A stretch of 49,808 nt of DNA from Acidimicrobiales bacterium (GTDB lineage Bacteria > Actinomycetota > Acidimicrobiia > Acidimicrobiales > Acidimicrobiaceae): the NCBI GenBank assembly GCA_049964535.1, contig JBMFXG010000001.1, forward strand, positions 1-49,808. Direction: 5' to 3'. Made by a program: the position numbers and the translations under genes. Below, one piece after another: positions 17,463 to 27,752 of the stretch; position 1 is the first letter of the stretch; each line of letters opens with the position of its first letter. The notes under the pieces are model-generated. The model searched no databases, was not told the origin of the DNA, and saw only the letters and a list, made by a program, of their open reading frames with translations.

Positions 17463-18755
17463 ATGGATGAGCAAACGCGAACGAATGCAGCGCTATTTGA
17501 GCGGGCGCAGAGGGTAATTCCGGGCGGGGTGAACTCGCCGGTACGCTCCTTCGCCTCTGTCGGAGGTACGCCGTACTGTGTGGCGATGGGCCGAGGGTCG
17601 ACGGTGACCGATATCGAGGGACGACGATATCTCGACTATGTGCAGTCCTATGGAGCCTCAATTCTTGGTCACGGTGATCCTCGGGTCGTCACTGCGATCT
17701 CTGAGGCAGCGGCCCGAGGCGCGACATTCGGTGCACCAACGGAAGGTGAGGTTCTGCTCGCCGAAGCCATCGTGGAGCGTGTTCCTGGAGTCGATAAGGT
17801 TCGACTAGTCTCCTCCGGCACGGAGGCAACGATGACTGCGATTCGCCTGGCGCGCGGTTACACAGAGCGGTCGCTCATCGTCAAGTTCGACGGTTGTTAC
17901 CACGGTCACTCCGACGCGCTCTTGGCGTCTGCTGGTTCCGGTGTAGCATCACTGGGTATCTCGGGCTCTGCCGGCGTGCCTGCTGCTGCGGTCTCAGAGA
18001 CACTCGTGGTTCCCTATAACGTCGTTCCCGAACTGACGCGCGAGGTAGCTGCGGTGATCGTGGAGCCCGTCGCGGCGAATATGGGCCTTGTTCTTCCGGT
18101 AGAAGGGTTTCTCGAGGGCCTCCGAGCAGAGTGCGATCGAGTTGGTGCGCTGCTCATTTTCGACGAGGTGATAACGGGATTCCGGGTAGCAAGGGGCGGA
18201 GCGATTGAGTATTTCGGGGTTCGGCCCGATCTTGTAACCTATGGCAAGGTGATTGGAGGTGGCCTTCCAATTGGTGCGCTAGCGGGTAAGGCAGAGGTTA
18301 TGGAAGCACTCGCTCCGAGCGGCCCGGTGTACCAGGCAGGGACCTTGTCGGGTAATCCATTGGCCACGGCTGCGGGGCGCACGGTGTTGGAGCTTCTCGA
18401 TGCCGAGGCCTACGAAATGCTGAGCGGAAGGGCGTCTCAACTCTCAGACGAGCTCGTCAAGGTGATCCGAGAGGCAGGGGTAGCGGTTCAAGTGCCCCAC
18501 TTTTCGTCGCTCTTGGGTATTTTCTTCGGCGATTCCGTGGTCACCAACTATGCAGAGGCTCGGGACAGTGTTGAGCTGGGGCTCTATCCCGCCTTCTTTC
18601 ACGGAATGCTCGATCGCGGTATTGCACTAGCTCCTGGTCCATTTGAGGTCCTCTTCCCCTCGCTTGCTCACACACCGGCTGAGATCGAACGAACGATAGA
18701 CGTTGCCTCCGCGGTCGCTCATGGTCTCATGGACAAGAGCGCGACGCTCGATTGA
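17463..18755 (+). CDS. hemL: Glutamate-1-semialdehyde 2,1-aminomutase
   Basis: Motifs IPGGVNSPVRSF, SGTEATMTAIRLARGYT, FDEVITGFRV and YGKVIGGGLPIGA. The track starts at TTG 17460; the adjacent ATG 17463 is preferred. Confidence 0.93.
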   Translation: MDEQTRTNAALFERAQRVIPGGVNSPVRSFASVGGTPYCVAMGRGSTVTDIEGRRYLDYVQSYGASILGHGDPRVVTAISEAAARGATFGAPTEGEVLLAEAIVERVPGVDKVRLVSSGTEATMTAIRLARGYTERSLIVKFDGCYHGHSDALLASAGSGVASLGISGSAGVPAAAVSETLVVPYNVVPELTREVAAVIVEPVAANMGLVLPVEGFLEGLRAECDRVGALLIFDEVITGFRVARGGAIEYFGVRPDLVTYGKVIGGGLPIGALAGKAEVMEALAPSGPVYQAGTLSGNPLATAAGRTVLELLDAEAYEMLSGRASQLSDELVKVIREAGVAVQVPHFSSLLGIFFGDSVVTNYAEARDSVELGLYPAFFHGMLDRGIALAPGPFEVLFPSLAHTPAEIERTIDVASAVAHGLMDKSATLD

Positions 18756-18866
18756 GGCCTCTCTCAGCCGCCGCAGGCAACGGGTTCCGAGCTCGTGATG
18801 ATAGCGAGATCGATCCACCAAGTCCTCTGATGGGCCTCCAAACGCTTGACTCTCGTCCTTGGATTC

Positions 18867-20174
18867 TTAGCGTCGTGCTGCGGTTTTGGGGCCCGTTGGG
18901 AGCGCTCTGGTAACCGCATCGTAGAGGTACTCGGGCACTCCCTTGCCCTGGTCGCGCATGAGGTTTGCCATGATGCGAACCGTGAGTCCCATGAGTTTTG
19001 GGTCCCGCATCGCCACCCAGATAGCGGGGCCCATGATGCGTGGCTCAGAGATCAGTCGAACAAAACGTCTGGCTACGCGGTAGTAGGTTCCATACTGGCG
19101 TCGAAGTAGCTCTTCAAATCGATCGAGCTCGTTGTGATCGCCCTTTTCGAGTGCTCGTGCGATAACGTCAGCGGCCAACTTCCCAGTCTCATACGCATAC
19201 GAGATGCCTTCACCGTTGAAGGGGTTAATCGAGCCTGCTGCGTCCCCGATGACGAGGTAGTTTGGGCCACGTTGGGGTGATACGGAGTGGCCCATCTGGA
19301 GCTTGCCGCCGGTTGGGGGTCCGCAGAGTGTCTTTGGTGACAGACCCCAAGACGGAGGGGCGCCTTCAACGAAGCGAGCGAGGGCATCGGTCGTGTTGAT
19401 AGATCGCCACCGTTCGCTATTGGAGAGGAGCCCAAACCCGACGTTGACTCGTCCGTTCCCAAGTGGAAAGATCCAACCGTATCCAGGCATAATCGCGCCG
19501 CTCGAGTCACGTAGGTCCATGTGGGACTCTATCCAAGGTTCGTTTGAGCGAGGGCTTTCGTAGTAGCCGCGAATTGCTAACCCCATGGGTTCGGAACGAT
19601 CACGTTGAACTCCAAGGGTTCGTGCGATTCGAGCGTTCGAGCCTTCGGCGAGGACGTAGTACTGTGCACGGACTTCGGAGAGAGAACCGTCGTCTACATT
19701 CTTCACCGTCAGCGCAGTGATTGCACCGCCCTCTTGGTCAACACCGACTACTTCATGATGGGTCAGTATGGTTGCACCAACCTCGCTCGCTCGGTTCGCA
19801 ACGGCGTGATCGAGTTCGGATCGAGTAACCACGTAGCCGTAGTCGGGAAAGTTTGGGTGCTGAGGCCAAGGAAGCTCAAAGGAGCGACCATACGCCGCAA
19901 CACGGAGGCCCAGGTAGCGGTGCTTGGTCGTAAGGAACTCTCCGAGCCCCATTGCTTCGAGGGCGACGACGGAACGAGGGGTCAGCCCATCACCACAGGT
20001 CTTGTCCCGAGGAAAGGTCTTTTTTTCAAGTGCGAGTACTTCGATGTCGCGTAGAGACAGCCAGTACGCGCAGGCCGCACCGGATGGTCCGCTGCCAACG
20101 ATAGCGACCCGACACTGTACCTGAGAGATAGCCATTCCACTAAAGCTAGGGTCGACTGATGAATGCTCGGCCAC
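18867..20174 (-). CDS. Geranylgeranyl reductase family FAD-dependent oxidoreductase (MenJ-like candidate)
   Basis: 435 aa. Motifs VAIVGSGPSGAACAYWL, KTCGDGLTPRSV and IGDAAGSINPFNGEGISYA. Its position upstream of and divergent from nuoA is common in Actinobacteria. Confidence 0.8.
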   Translation of the reverse strand: MAEHSSVDPSFSGMAISQVQCRVAIVGSGPSGAACAYWLSLRDIEVLALEKKTFPRDKTCGDGLTPRSVVALEAMGLGEFLTTKHRYLGLRVAAYGRSFELPWPQHPNFPDYGYVVTRSELDHAVANRASEVGATILTHHEVVGVDQEGGAITALTVKNVDDGSLSEVRAQYYVLAEGSNARIARTLGVQRDRSEPMGLAIRGYYESPRSNEPWIESHMDLRDSSGAIMPGYGWIFPLGNGRVNVGFGLLSNSERWRSINTTDALARFVEGAPPSWGLSPKTLCGPPTGGKLQMGHSVSPQRGPNYLVIGDAAGSINPFNGEGISYAYETGKLAADVIARALEKGDHNELDRFEELLRRQYGTYYRVARRFVRLISEPRIMGPAIWVAMRDPKLMGLTVRIMANLMRDQGKGVPEYLYDAVTRALPTGPKTAARR

Positions 20175-20354
20175 TGTCTTGGTGCTCAGTTTTAATCTAA
20201 AGTCGACCGACCGCAGGGTGACTCAGAGAGTTCCATGGTAAGCGCACTAGGGTAGTGGATTTGTTACGTCGGTCAATCTTTGCAAAGATAGATGTGGCCG
20301 GTTGGCGACCGATCGTTCGGCGCGACTGCGGGACGTGAAAGAAGGCGAGGGTCT

Positions 20355-20774
20355 ATGTCTCAATACTTACCGATCGTGGTCATGGCGATCTTGGCCTCGA
20401 TCTTCGCTGCGGGTTCGTTCATTGCCTCGGGTATTTTTGCTCCGAAGCGACCCACTGCCGCAAAGAGCGCTCCGTATGAGTGCGGTATCGTTCCGCGACG
20501 CGGCCCGGCCCAGCGGTTCCCCGTACGGTTCTACCTTGTTGCCATGATCTTTATCATCTTTGATATCGAGATCGTCTTCCTCTACCCTTGGGCCGTCGCC
20601 TTTCATCAACTCTCGACCTTTGGATTCGTTGAAGTGCTAGTGTTTGCCGTTGCGGTCTTCTCCTCGTTTGTCTATCTCGTTGGAAATGGCGCTCTCGACT
20701 GGGGGCCGAAGAAGCGTCTCCAACCCCTGGTTGAAGACGAGACCGAGTCGATCTCCTCCGAGCTCGTGGCGTAG
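20355..20774 (+). CDS. nuoA: NADH-quinone oxidoreductase subunit A
   Basis: Internal ATG (M22 of track ORF 20292-20774) preceded by GAAGGCGAGG. Sequence [17 protein letters not shown]...YECGI...[12 protein letters not shown]. Confidence 0.88.
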   Translation: MSQYLPIVVMAILASIFAAGSFIASGIFAPKRPTAAKSAPYECGIVPRRGPAQRFPVRFYLVAMIFIIFDIEIVFLYPWAVAFHQLSTFGFVEVLVFAVAVFSSFVYLVGNGALDWGPKKRLQPLVEDETESISSELVA

Positions 20775-20781
20775 GCGTAGC

Positions 20782-21378
20782 ATGGGACTTGAAGACCTCA
20801 ACCATAATTTCCTGACAGGACAGCTCGAGAATCTCGTCAAGTGGGCGAGATACAACTCGATGTGGCCTGCAACGTTTGGACTCGCTTGCTGCGCTATTGA
20901 GATGATGAGTGCTGGAGCAGCCGACTTCGATCTGGCCCGTTTTGGTATGGAGGTCTTTAGGGCCTCTCCTCGACAGGCAGATCTCATGATCGTAGCTGGG
21001 CGAGTATCGCAGAAAATGGCGCCGGTTCTGCGGCAGGTGTACGACCAGATGATGGAGCCGAAGTGGGTGATCTCCATGGGAGTCTGCGCGTCCTCGGGTG
21101 GCATGTTCAATAACTACGCCATCGTTCAGGGGGTCGACCAGATCGTACCCGTGGATGTCTACGCTCCGGGATGTCCTCCAGGACCTGAGACCTTGATCCA
21201 CGCAATTCTCACCTTGCATGAGGCCGTGCGTACTGGGGAGCTGACCAAGCGGCGAGAGCGTAGTGGTCAAGGGGCGGAGCTGACCGTGGCCGATCAGACC
21301 ATTCGAAGTATGCCGACGAAGACCGGCATTACCGCCATTCGGCCGTATGCGGCAGCGAAGGAGGGCGGCTCAGAGTGA
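20782..21378 (+). CDS. nuoB: NADH-quinone oxidoreductase subunit B
   Basis: ATG at M47 of track ORF 20644-21378. Motifs [29 protein letters not shown] and [13 protein letters not shown]. Confidence 0.92.
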   Translation: MGLEDLNHNFLTGQLENLVKWARYNSMWPATFGLACCAIEMMSAGAADFDLARFGMEVFRASPRQADLMIVAGRVSQKMAPVLRQVYDQMMEPKWVISMGVCASSGGMFNNYAIVQGVDQIVPVDVYAPGCPPGPETLIHAILTLHEAVRTGELTKRRERSGQGAELTVADQTIRSMPTKTGITAIRPYAAAKEGGSE

Positions 21379-21824
21379 GAGCAGTACCACCGGTAGATTA
21401 CGTGACTCGAGAGGACTACTACGAGTCGGTCGAACGATTGCGTGACGAGGGTTTTGAGACCTGTGCCGATCTGACAGTCGTCGACTATCTCGACTTCGAA
21501 CCGGAGCGGACTCTACCCTTAGGACTAGTCGGGGAACGATTCGAGCTCGTTGTCTCGCTCCTGTCCGTGCAGCGACGAGAGCGACGCCGTCTTCGGGTCC
21601 AGGTACCTGAGTCAGATCTCAGTGTCTCGTCAATTTTCCAGCTCTACCCCGGCGTAGAGGCTATGGAACGAGAGGCGTATGACATGTTCGGAGTGATCTT
21701 TGAAGGGCATCCAGACCTCTCGAGGATCTTGATGCCAGAGGGATGGGAGGGCCATCCGCTCCGAAAGGACTACTCCGTTGGGCGAGTGCCGGTGCAGTTC
21801 AAAGATGTGAGGTCGACGCGATGA
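21375..21824 (+). CDS. nuoC: NADH-quinone oxidoreductase subunit C (short form)
   Basis: 149 aa. Motif [39 protein letters not shown] start overlaps the nuoB stop. Confidence 0.88.
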   Translation: MRAVPPVDYVTREDYYESVERLRDEGFETCADLTVVDYLDFEPERTLPLGLVGERFELVVSLLSVQRRERRRLRVQVPESDLSVSSIFQLYPGVEAMEREAYDMFGVIFEGHPDLSRILMPEGWEGHPLRKDYSVGRVPVQFKDVRSTR

Positions 21825-23212
21825 GCCGTGTTCACGATATTCGCAGCAAGAAGGAGAATCCGGGTCTCGACGAGAATGCTGACCGAGAGAGGGTGATCTT
21901 GCTGAGTGAGACCTTTGAGGGCACTCAGGAGATGACTGAGCGGTCAGGAACGGGAGCGGTCGAGCTGGCAAAGCAGTACGGTGCGACGCTGCGGGTTCCA
22001 GAGAGCGAGGCGATAGACCTCGACGTTGATGAAGTACCGGTCGGAGAGGACCAGACGATGATCATCAACATGGGTCCACAGCACCCTTCCACCCATGGCG
22101 TGCTTCGTATCATGATGGAGCTTGAAGGAGAGACAGTACTACGTACGAAGCCGGTGATTGGATACCTTCATACCGGGATGGAGAAGACTGCGGAGGGTCT
22201 GACCTACTTACAGGGTTCCACCAACGTAACCCGCATGGATTACCTCTCCCCGCTCCATAACGAGCTCGTCTTTTCGCTCGCCGTTGAGTCGTTGATGGAT
22301 ATCGAGATACCGCCGCGTGCTACCTGGATTCGCATGCTCCTCGTAGAGCTCAATCGGATCTCCTCGCACATTATGTGGATGGCGACCAATGGCATGGACC
22401 TTGGATCCACTTCCATGATGATCTATGGGTTTCGAGAGCGGGAGTTTATCTTGACCTTCCTCGAGAAGGTGACCGGGCTCCGGATGAACCATAACTTTAT
22501 TCGACCGGGAGGTGTAGCTGCAGATCTTCCAGATGGTTGGTATGACGATGTCGTTCTGATCTGTGAGACGCTGCCACCGAGGGTCGCAGAGTACCAAGAG
22601 CTGCTGACCGGGCAACCGATCTTTCGTCAGCGAGTAGACGGAGTCGGCATTATTACCCAAGAGCAAGCTCTGGCACTGTCGGCGACGGGACCGATCCTTC
22701 GTTCTACTGGACTCCCGTGGGATCTTCGTAAGACCATGCCGTACCTCTACTACGACCAGGTCGACTTCGATGTGATCGTCGGTAGCGTCGGAGATACCTA
22801 CGACCGTTACTCAATCCGTTTGAACGAGATTCTGGAATCGATACGCATTATCGAACAGATCGTTGAACTCATGCCCGAAGGCGAGTACAAGGCCATAGAT
22901 GGAAAGGTGACACCGCCACCACGGGCTCGAATTGACGAGTCTATGGAGGCCCTCATTCATCACTTCAAGCTCTTCACCGAGGGGTTCAAGGTGCCGGCGG
23001 GTGAGAACTACGTTGCCATTGAATCACCGAGAGGGGAACTTGGGTGCTACATCGTGTCTGACGGCAGTGCGCGTCCGTATCGCTTGCATGTTCGAGCTCC
23101 GAGTTTTGTGAACCTTCAGAGTTTGCCCGTGCTGTTGCACGGTGGGCTGATCGCCGATGCGATCGCTGTGATCTCCTCGGTCGATCCCGTCATGGGGGAG
23201 GTCGATCGTTAG
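21821..23212 (+). CDS. nuoD: NADH-quinone oxidoreductase subunit D
   Basis: ATG at M27 of the track ORF, in an ATGA overlap with the nuoC stop. Motifs INMGPQHPSTHGVLR and SSVDPVMGEVDR. An acidic N-terminal extension precedes the conserved core. Confidence 0.92.
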   Translation: MSRVHDIRSKKENPGLDENADRERVILLSETFEGTQEMTERSGTGAVELAKQYGATLRVPESEAIDLDVDEVPVGEDQTMIINMGPQHPSTHGVLRIMMELEGETVLRTKPVIGYLHTGMEKTAEGLTYLQGSTNVTRMDYLSPLHNELVFSLAVESLMDIEIPPRATWIRMLLVELNRISSHIMWMATNGMDLGSTSMMIYGFREREFILTFLEKVTGLRMNHNFIRPGGVAADLPDGWYDDVVLICETLPPRVAEYQELLTGQPIFRQRVDGVGIITQEQALALSATGPILRSTGLPWDLRKTMPYLYYDQVDFDVIVGSVGDTYDRYSIRLNEILESIRIIEQIVELMPEGEYKAIDGKVTPPPRARIDESMEALIHHFKLFTEGFKVPAGENYVAIESPRGELGCYIVSDGSARPYRLHVRAPSFVNLQSLPVLLHGGLIADAIAVISSVDPVMGEVDR

Positions 23213-23844
23213 TGGGTTATTTCAATGCGGAGAATCGAGTACGAGCAGAGGCGCTCGTAGAGCTCTATCCAGAGGCCCGCTCAGCGACTATTCCACTCTG
23301 CCACCTAGCACAAGAGCAGGGTGGTTATCTGAGCAAGGAGGCCATGGCAGAGATAGCCGAACTGACGAAGACTAGCCCGGTTGAGGTTTTGGGTGCTGCG
23401 AGCTTCTATGACATGTTGCATACCGAACCTGTCGGAACGTACCTAGTGGGGGTGTGCACCAACATCGCTTGCCTACTGCAGGGGGGCGAGGAGCTCTTGG
23501 AGAGTGCCAAGGAGGTCTTTGGAGTAGAGGTGGGCGAGACCACCGAGGATGGAAAATTCACTCTTGAAGAAGTGGAGTGCTTGGCACTGTGTGATCAAGC
23601 ACCGTGTGCGGTGGTCAACTATCGCTACTTCGGATCGCTCGATAGGGCGGCCTTAGAGCGCCTTCGTGACGACCTTGTTGCTGGGCGATACTCTGAAACC
23701 GTTCCGCCCCATGGCACACTCAATCGGGTCGAGCGTCATGCACCTCCGATGATTCCGATGGACGAGATCGACGAAGAGCGTCGCCGCTTTGATGAGCAGC
23801 GGCGTCTGCGGGCCCAGGAAAAAGAAGGGAGTCGAGACGCGTGA
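23212..23844 (+). CDS. nuoE: NADH-quinone oxidoreductase subunit E
   Basis: 210 aa. Carries the 2Fe-2S cysteines VCTNIACLLQG...ECLALCDQAPC. Confidence 0.9.
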   Translation: MGYFNAENRVRAEALVELYPEARSATIPLCHLAQEQGGYLSKEAMAEIAELTKTSPVEVLGAASFYDMLHTEPVGTYLVGVCTNIACLLQGGEELLESAKEVFGVEVGETTEDGKFTLEEVECLALCDQAPCAVVNYRYFGSLDRAALERLRDDLVAGRYSETVPPHGTLNRVERHAPPMIPMDEIDEERRRFDEQRRLRAQEKEGSRDA

Positions 23845-25151
23845 ACGATGCACCGACACCAACGCTGATCGTGAGTGCTCGACGAGATCTTGAGAATTCG
23901 TGGACGAAGGAGCAGTATCTAGCGACCGGTGGTTATCAGGCGCTGAGAAAGGCGCTGCTCGAGATGACTCCAGAAGAGGTTCACGCTGAGGTCTTGACCT
24001 CAAACCTCTTGGGTCGAGGTGGAGCTGGATTTGAGGCAGGTCGCAAGTGGTCGATGCTCAAACCGTCGCTTCGGCGATACCTCGTCGTCAACGGTGACGA
24101 AAGCGAGCCTGCGACCTTTAAAGACCATATGCTCATTGAGAGAGACCCGCATCAACTGGTTGAAGGTTCGATTATCGCAGCGTATGCGATTGGTGCCTCT
24201 CGAGCGTTTATCTTCATTCGTGGCGAGTTTGCTTTGGGGCTGGAACGGGTGAGCCAAGCCATCAACGAGGCATATGAGATTGGGGCACTTGGTCGTAACA
24301 TCTTTGGATCCGGTTTCTCGTTAGATCTGGTCCTCCACCCTGGCGCAGGTGCGTACATCTGTGGGGAAGAGACTGCGTTGCTGGAATCTCTCGAGGGCAA
24401 GCGCGGATTTCCGAGAATTAAGCCACCGTACTTTCCGGCAGTGATTGGGCTGTACGGAGAGCCCACGATTGTGAACAACGTTGAGACCATGTCGAACCTA
24501 CCGTGGATAGTTCTCAACGGAGGGGCCGCCTTCGCCGCCCTAGGGGTTGGCCGATCAACTGGGACCCGACTCTTTGCGCTCTCTGGGCATGTCAATAGAC
24601 CTGGAAACTACGAACTCGAAATGGCGAAGAGTACGTTCAGAGACCTCATTGAAGATCCAAAGCTTGGAGGGGGCGTCCGCTTCGGTCGTAAGGTCAAAGC
24701 GATTATTCCGGGTGGAGTCTCTGCACCTTGGTTCGGTCCTGATCAGTTAGACCTCCCGTTGTCGCAAGACGATGTAGCGAAGGCCGGCTCGATGCTCGGA
24801 TCTGGCTCCATCATTGTGATGGACGACACCACCTGTATGGTACGCGCTGCGTGGCGAATCTCAAGGTTCTTCAAGAGAGAGTCGTGTGGACAGTGCACAC
24901 CGTGTCGTGAAGGGTCGAACTGGATCGAGAAGATCATGGAACGGATCGAAGCCGGAGCTGGCCGAGAGGAAGACCTCGATCTCTTGTGGGATCTCTGCGA
25001 CAACATCGTTCCCGGCGTTAGCTGGCCTCCGGCACAAACGACGATCTGCGTACTAGGACCTTCTATCCCTTCGTCGGTCGCTGTTGGAATCACAATGTTT
25101 CGAGATGAGTTTTTAATGCACGTGAAAGAGGGAGGATGTCCCTTTGACTGA
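23841..25151 (+). CDS. nuoF: NADH-quinone oxidoreductase subunit F
   Basis: 436 aa. Motifs GRGGAGFEAGRKWS, YICGEETALLESLEG and ESCGQCTPCREG. Confidence 0.95.
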   Translation: MNDAPTPTLIVSARRDLENSWTKEQYLATGGYQALRKALLEMTPEEVHAEVLTSNLLGRGGAGFEAGRKWSMLKPSLRRYLVVNGDESEPATFKDHMLIERDPHQLVEGSIIAAYAIGASRAFIFIRGEFALGLERVSQAINEAYEIGALGRNIFGSGFSLDLVLHPGAGAYICGEETALLESLEGKRGFPRIKPPYFPAVIGLYGEPTIVNNVETMSNLPWIVLNGGAAFAALGVGRSTGTRLFALSGHVNRPGNYELEMAKSTFRDLIEDPKLGGGVRFGRKVKAIIPGGVSAPWFGPDQLDLPLSQDDVAKAGSMLGSGSIIVMDDTTCMVRAAWRISRFFKRESCGQCTPCREGSNWIEKIMERIEAGAGREEDLDLLWDLCDNIVPGVSWPPAQTTICVLGPSIPSSVAVGITMFRDEFLMHVKEGGCPFD

Positions 25152-27750
25152 CCAGAGAGAGCCAGTATCGATCATCATCGATGGATCGGCGGTCGATGCG
25201 GATCGGGGCGACCTTATCATCACGGCTGCGGAACGTTGTGGCATTCATATCCCTCGCTTCTGCTATCACCCTCGCATGAGGCCGGTCGCCTTCTGCCGCA
25301 TGTGTCTCGTAGAGGTGAAAGGTCCTCGTGGTTTCTCATTGCAACCGGCTTGCTTCGTTAACGTCGCACCGGATATGGAGATAGTTACCAACTCTGAGAA
25401 GGTCAAGAAGGCTCAAGATGGGGTACTGGAGTACCTACTCGCTAATCATCCTCTCGACTGTCCGGTCTGTGACAAAGGTGGCGAGTGCCCGCTCCAAGAC
25501 CAGACCCTCTCTTTCGGTCCGAGCGAGACGCGCTTTATCGAAGAGAAGCGTCACTATGCGAAACCAATACCGATCTCTGAGCTCATCCTGCTCGATCGGG
25601 AGCGGTGCATACAGTGCGATCGCTGCACGCGCTTTGCCGATGAAGTCGCCGGAGAGCCCTTGATTGAATTCATCGGAAGAGGTGCAAATATCGAGGTCGC
25701 CACCTTCCCTGACCTGCCGTTTCGCTCGTACTTCTCGGGCAACGTTGTTCAGATCTGTCCGGTCGGTGCGCTCACGGCGACGCCATATCGCTTTAAGGCT
25801 CGTCCTTGGGATCTTGAACAGGTCGAATCGACGTGTACCATGTGTGCTCTGGGCTGTCGAACGGTGGTTCAGTCCTCGCAAAATCAACTGACGCGATATC
25901 TCGGCGTCGACATTGAGAGTGTGAACCACTCTTGGCTCTGTGATAAGGGCCGTTTCAGTTTTGAAGCTATCAACTCAGGGCAGCGTCTCACGTCTCCGTT
26001 GGTGCGTAAGGGAGAGGGCTTCGTTGAGACCGGTTGGGCCGAGTCGCTTGGGAAAGTTGCCAAGGCGGTACGCGCCACGCTCGAGGGAGTGGGTCCCGAG
26101 TCGATTGCAGCGATCGGTGGATCGCATTGGACCAATGAAGATCTGTACGCTTGGGTGAAGTTGCTTAAGGGTACCTTCGGAACCGACTCTGTGGACTGCC
26201 AGCTTGACGATGGTCTCGATCCCGAGATCGTGGTTGGCACCGCAAAGGCGACGATCAACGAGGCACTGGCTTCGAAGCTCTTGATCGTGGTTGCCGGAGA
26301 TGTGCGAGAAGAGCTTCCAGTACTCTGGGTGAGACTGCGTGACGCGGTCCTTAATTACGGACTCAAGGTCATTGAGGTCAGCTCCCGAGCAACCTCGGTT
26401 ACGCCTCTGGCAGCAAAGTCGATTCGATACAGCCCTGGTCATCTCAGAGAGGCCCTTCAAAGTATCTCCTTTGCTGAACTAGCAGCAGAGATTGGGCTCG
26501 GCGAGATTGATCCTGAAGGTCGAAGTGTCACCGTTCTCGCCGGCCGTGGAAACCTCGCTGAGAACCAGGCTAACGTCTCGCTAGCTTTGGCCGAGTTCCT
26601 CCGATCTCGACCGCAGATGCGAGTGCTCCTGGGCCTTCGCCGATCGAACGTCGTTGGGGCGACGATGATCGGCCTGTCGCCAGGTCGACTTCCGGGACAA
26701 GAGCTCACGGCTCAGTCGACTGCGTTTGCTTCGAGGTGGGAACGTGTTCCGGAGGGTCGCGGTCGTAGGGCTAGTGAGATCCTTGAAGCTTGTCGTCGTG
26801 GCGAGATCGGGGTCCTCTTCTTGCTTGGTGCCGATCCGCTGGGAGATATGATCGATACTGAAGAGGTTCGAAGCGCTCTCGATAGCGTCGATCTCGTTGT
26901 GAGTCTCGACGGCTTCGCAACGTCGACCCACCCTCTCGTTGATGTCGTGCTACCCGTCGCGCTGGCTAGCGAGTACGAGGGTACGACGACCAATATCGAG
27001 GGACGTGTGTCCTTTCTTGGTCAGAAGCTTCTTCCTCCAGGGCTAGCGCGTCCAGCTTGGGATATCGCAGCCGAGCTCGCAGAGTACTGTGGGACTACGC
27101 TCGGGGTAAGCGATGCACGGGAGCTCTGGGAGGAGCTTACGGAGGTCTCACGCACGCATCGGGGGGTTCATCGATCCGTTGTCGAACGAGAGAGTGAAGG
27201 GATTGTAGTACCACTCGCTCGTGCGGCCGTCACGCCCACGGCAAGGTCTCGGCGTTTGGATCCGATTGCCACGCCAGGTATCTCCTCGGTGGAGACTCAG
27301 GCCCCGAAGCATGCTGCAACTGTCGTCATAGATGACGTTGATGTGGAACTCGTTACCGAGGACCTGCCCTCACAGTTGGCTACCGACATAGCTGGGCAAG
27401 AGACGCTCGCTAGCTCTGATCTAGCCGCAACAGAGCGAGGCATTTCACTGGTGGCCTACCGAAGACTCTACGGCGGCGGAGTGCATCTTGACAACTGTGA
27501 ACACCTGCGGCCTCTCGTGAATCACAGCGTTGTACGAGTTTCGCCGTCAACCGCATCGGGCTCTGACCTCGTCCACGGCGGCCGCGTGGTCTTGGTTCGT
27601 GGTGAGCAACGAAGTGCTCCCGTTGAAGTTTGCGTTGACGAGTCGGTCGCAGAGAATCTCGTCGAGGTCTCAATCGATTCGGTATCGAGAATTTTGAGCC
27701 TTGTGGACAGTCGCGCTAGCATGACTGCGATTCAATTGGAGAGAGCGTAG
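25144..27750 (+). CDS. nuoG: NADH-quinone oxidoreductase subunit G
   Basis: 868 aa. Motifs CYHPRM...CRMCLVEV, HPLDCPVCDKGGECPLQD, CIQCDRCTRF and CPVGAL, followed by a molybdopterin-oxidoreductase-like domain. Confidence 0.93.
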   Translation: MTDQREPVSIIIDGSAVDADRGDLIITAAERCGIHIPRFCYHPRMRPVAFCRMCLVEVKGPRGFSLQPACFVNVAPDMEIVTNSEKVKKAQDGVLEYLLANHPLDCPVCDKGGECPLQDQTLSFGPSETRFIEEKRHYAKPIPISELILLDRERCIQCDRCTRFADEVAGEPLIEFIGRGANIEVATFPDLPFRSYFSGNVVQICPVGALTATPYRFKARPWDLEQVESTCTMCALGCRTVVQSSQNQLTRYLGVDIESVNHSWLCDKGRFSFEAINSGQRLTSPLVRKGEGFVETGWAESLGKVAKAVRATLEGVGPESIAAIGGSHWTNEDLYAWVKLLKGTFGTDSVDCQLDDGLDPEIVVGTAKATINEALASKLLIVVAGDVREELPVLWVRLRDAVLNYGLKVIEVSSRATSVTPLAAKSIRYSPGHLREALQSISFAELAAEIGLGEIDPEGRSVTVLAGRGNLAENQANVSLALAEFLRSRPQMRVLLGLRRSNVVGATMIGLSPGRLPGQELTAQSTAFASRWERVPEGRGRRASEILEACRRGEIGVLFLLGADPLGDMIDTEEVRSALDSVDLVVSLDGFATSTHPLVDVVLPVALASEYEGTTTNIEGRVSFLGQKLLPPGLARPAWDIAAELAEYCGTTLGVSDARELWEELTEVSRTHRGVHRSVVERESEGIVVPLARAAVTPTARSRRLDPIATPGISSVETQAPKHAATVVIDDVDVELVTEDLPSQLATDIAGQETLASSDLAATERGISLVAYRRLYGGGVHLDNCEHLRPLVNHSVVRVSPSTASGSDLVHGGRVVLVRGEQRSAPVEVCVDESVAENLVEVSIDSVSRILSLVDSRASMTAIQLERA

Positions 27751-27752
27751 CG

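Noticed and set aside
16996-17661. 221-aa minus-strand ORF
   Set aside because: Antisense to hemB/hemL, which have strong homology signatures. The product is Arg/Ser/Pro-rich, typical of a shadow ORF.
20554-21270. 238-aa and 157-aa minus-strand ORFs
   Set aside because: Antisense shadow ORFs inside nuoA/nuoB.
20292-21820. Longest-ORF starts for nuoA (20292), nuoB (20644) and nuoD (21743)
   Set aside because: The N-terminal extensions overlap the preceding genes and translate to non-conserved Arg/Ser-rich sequence. Internal ATGs at 20355, 20782 and 21821 give canonical N-termini, with an SD or stop/start overlap.
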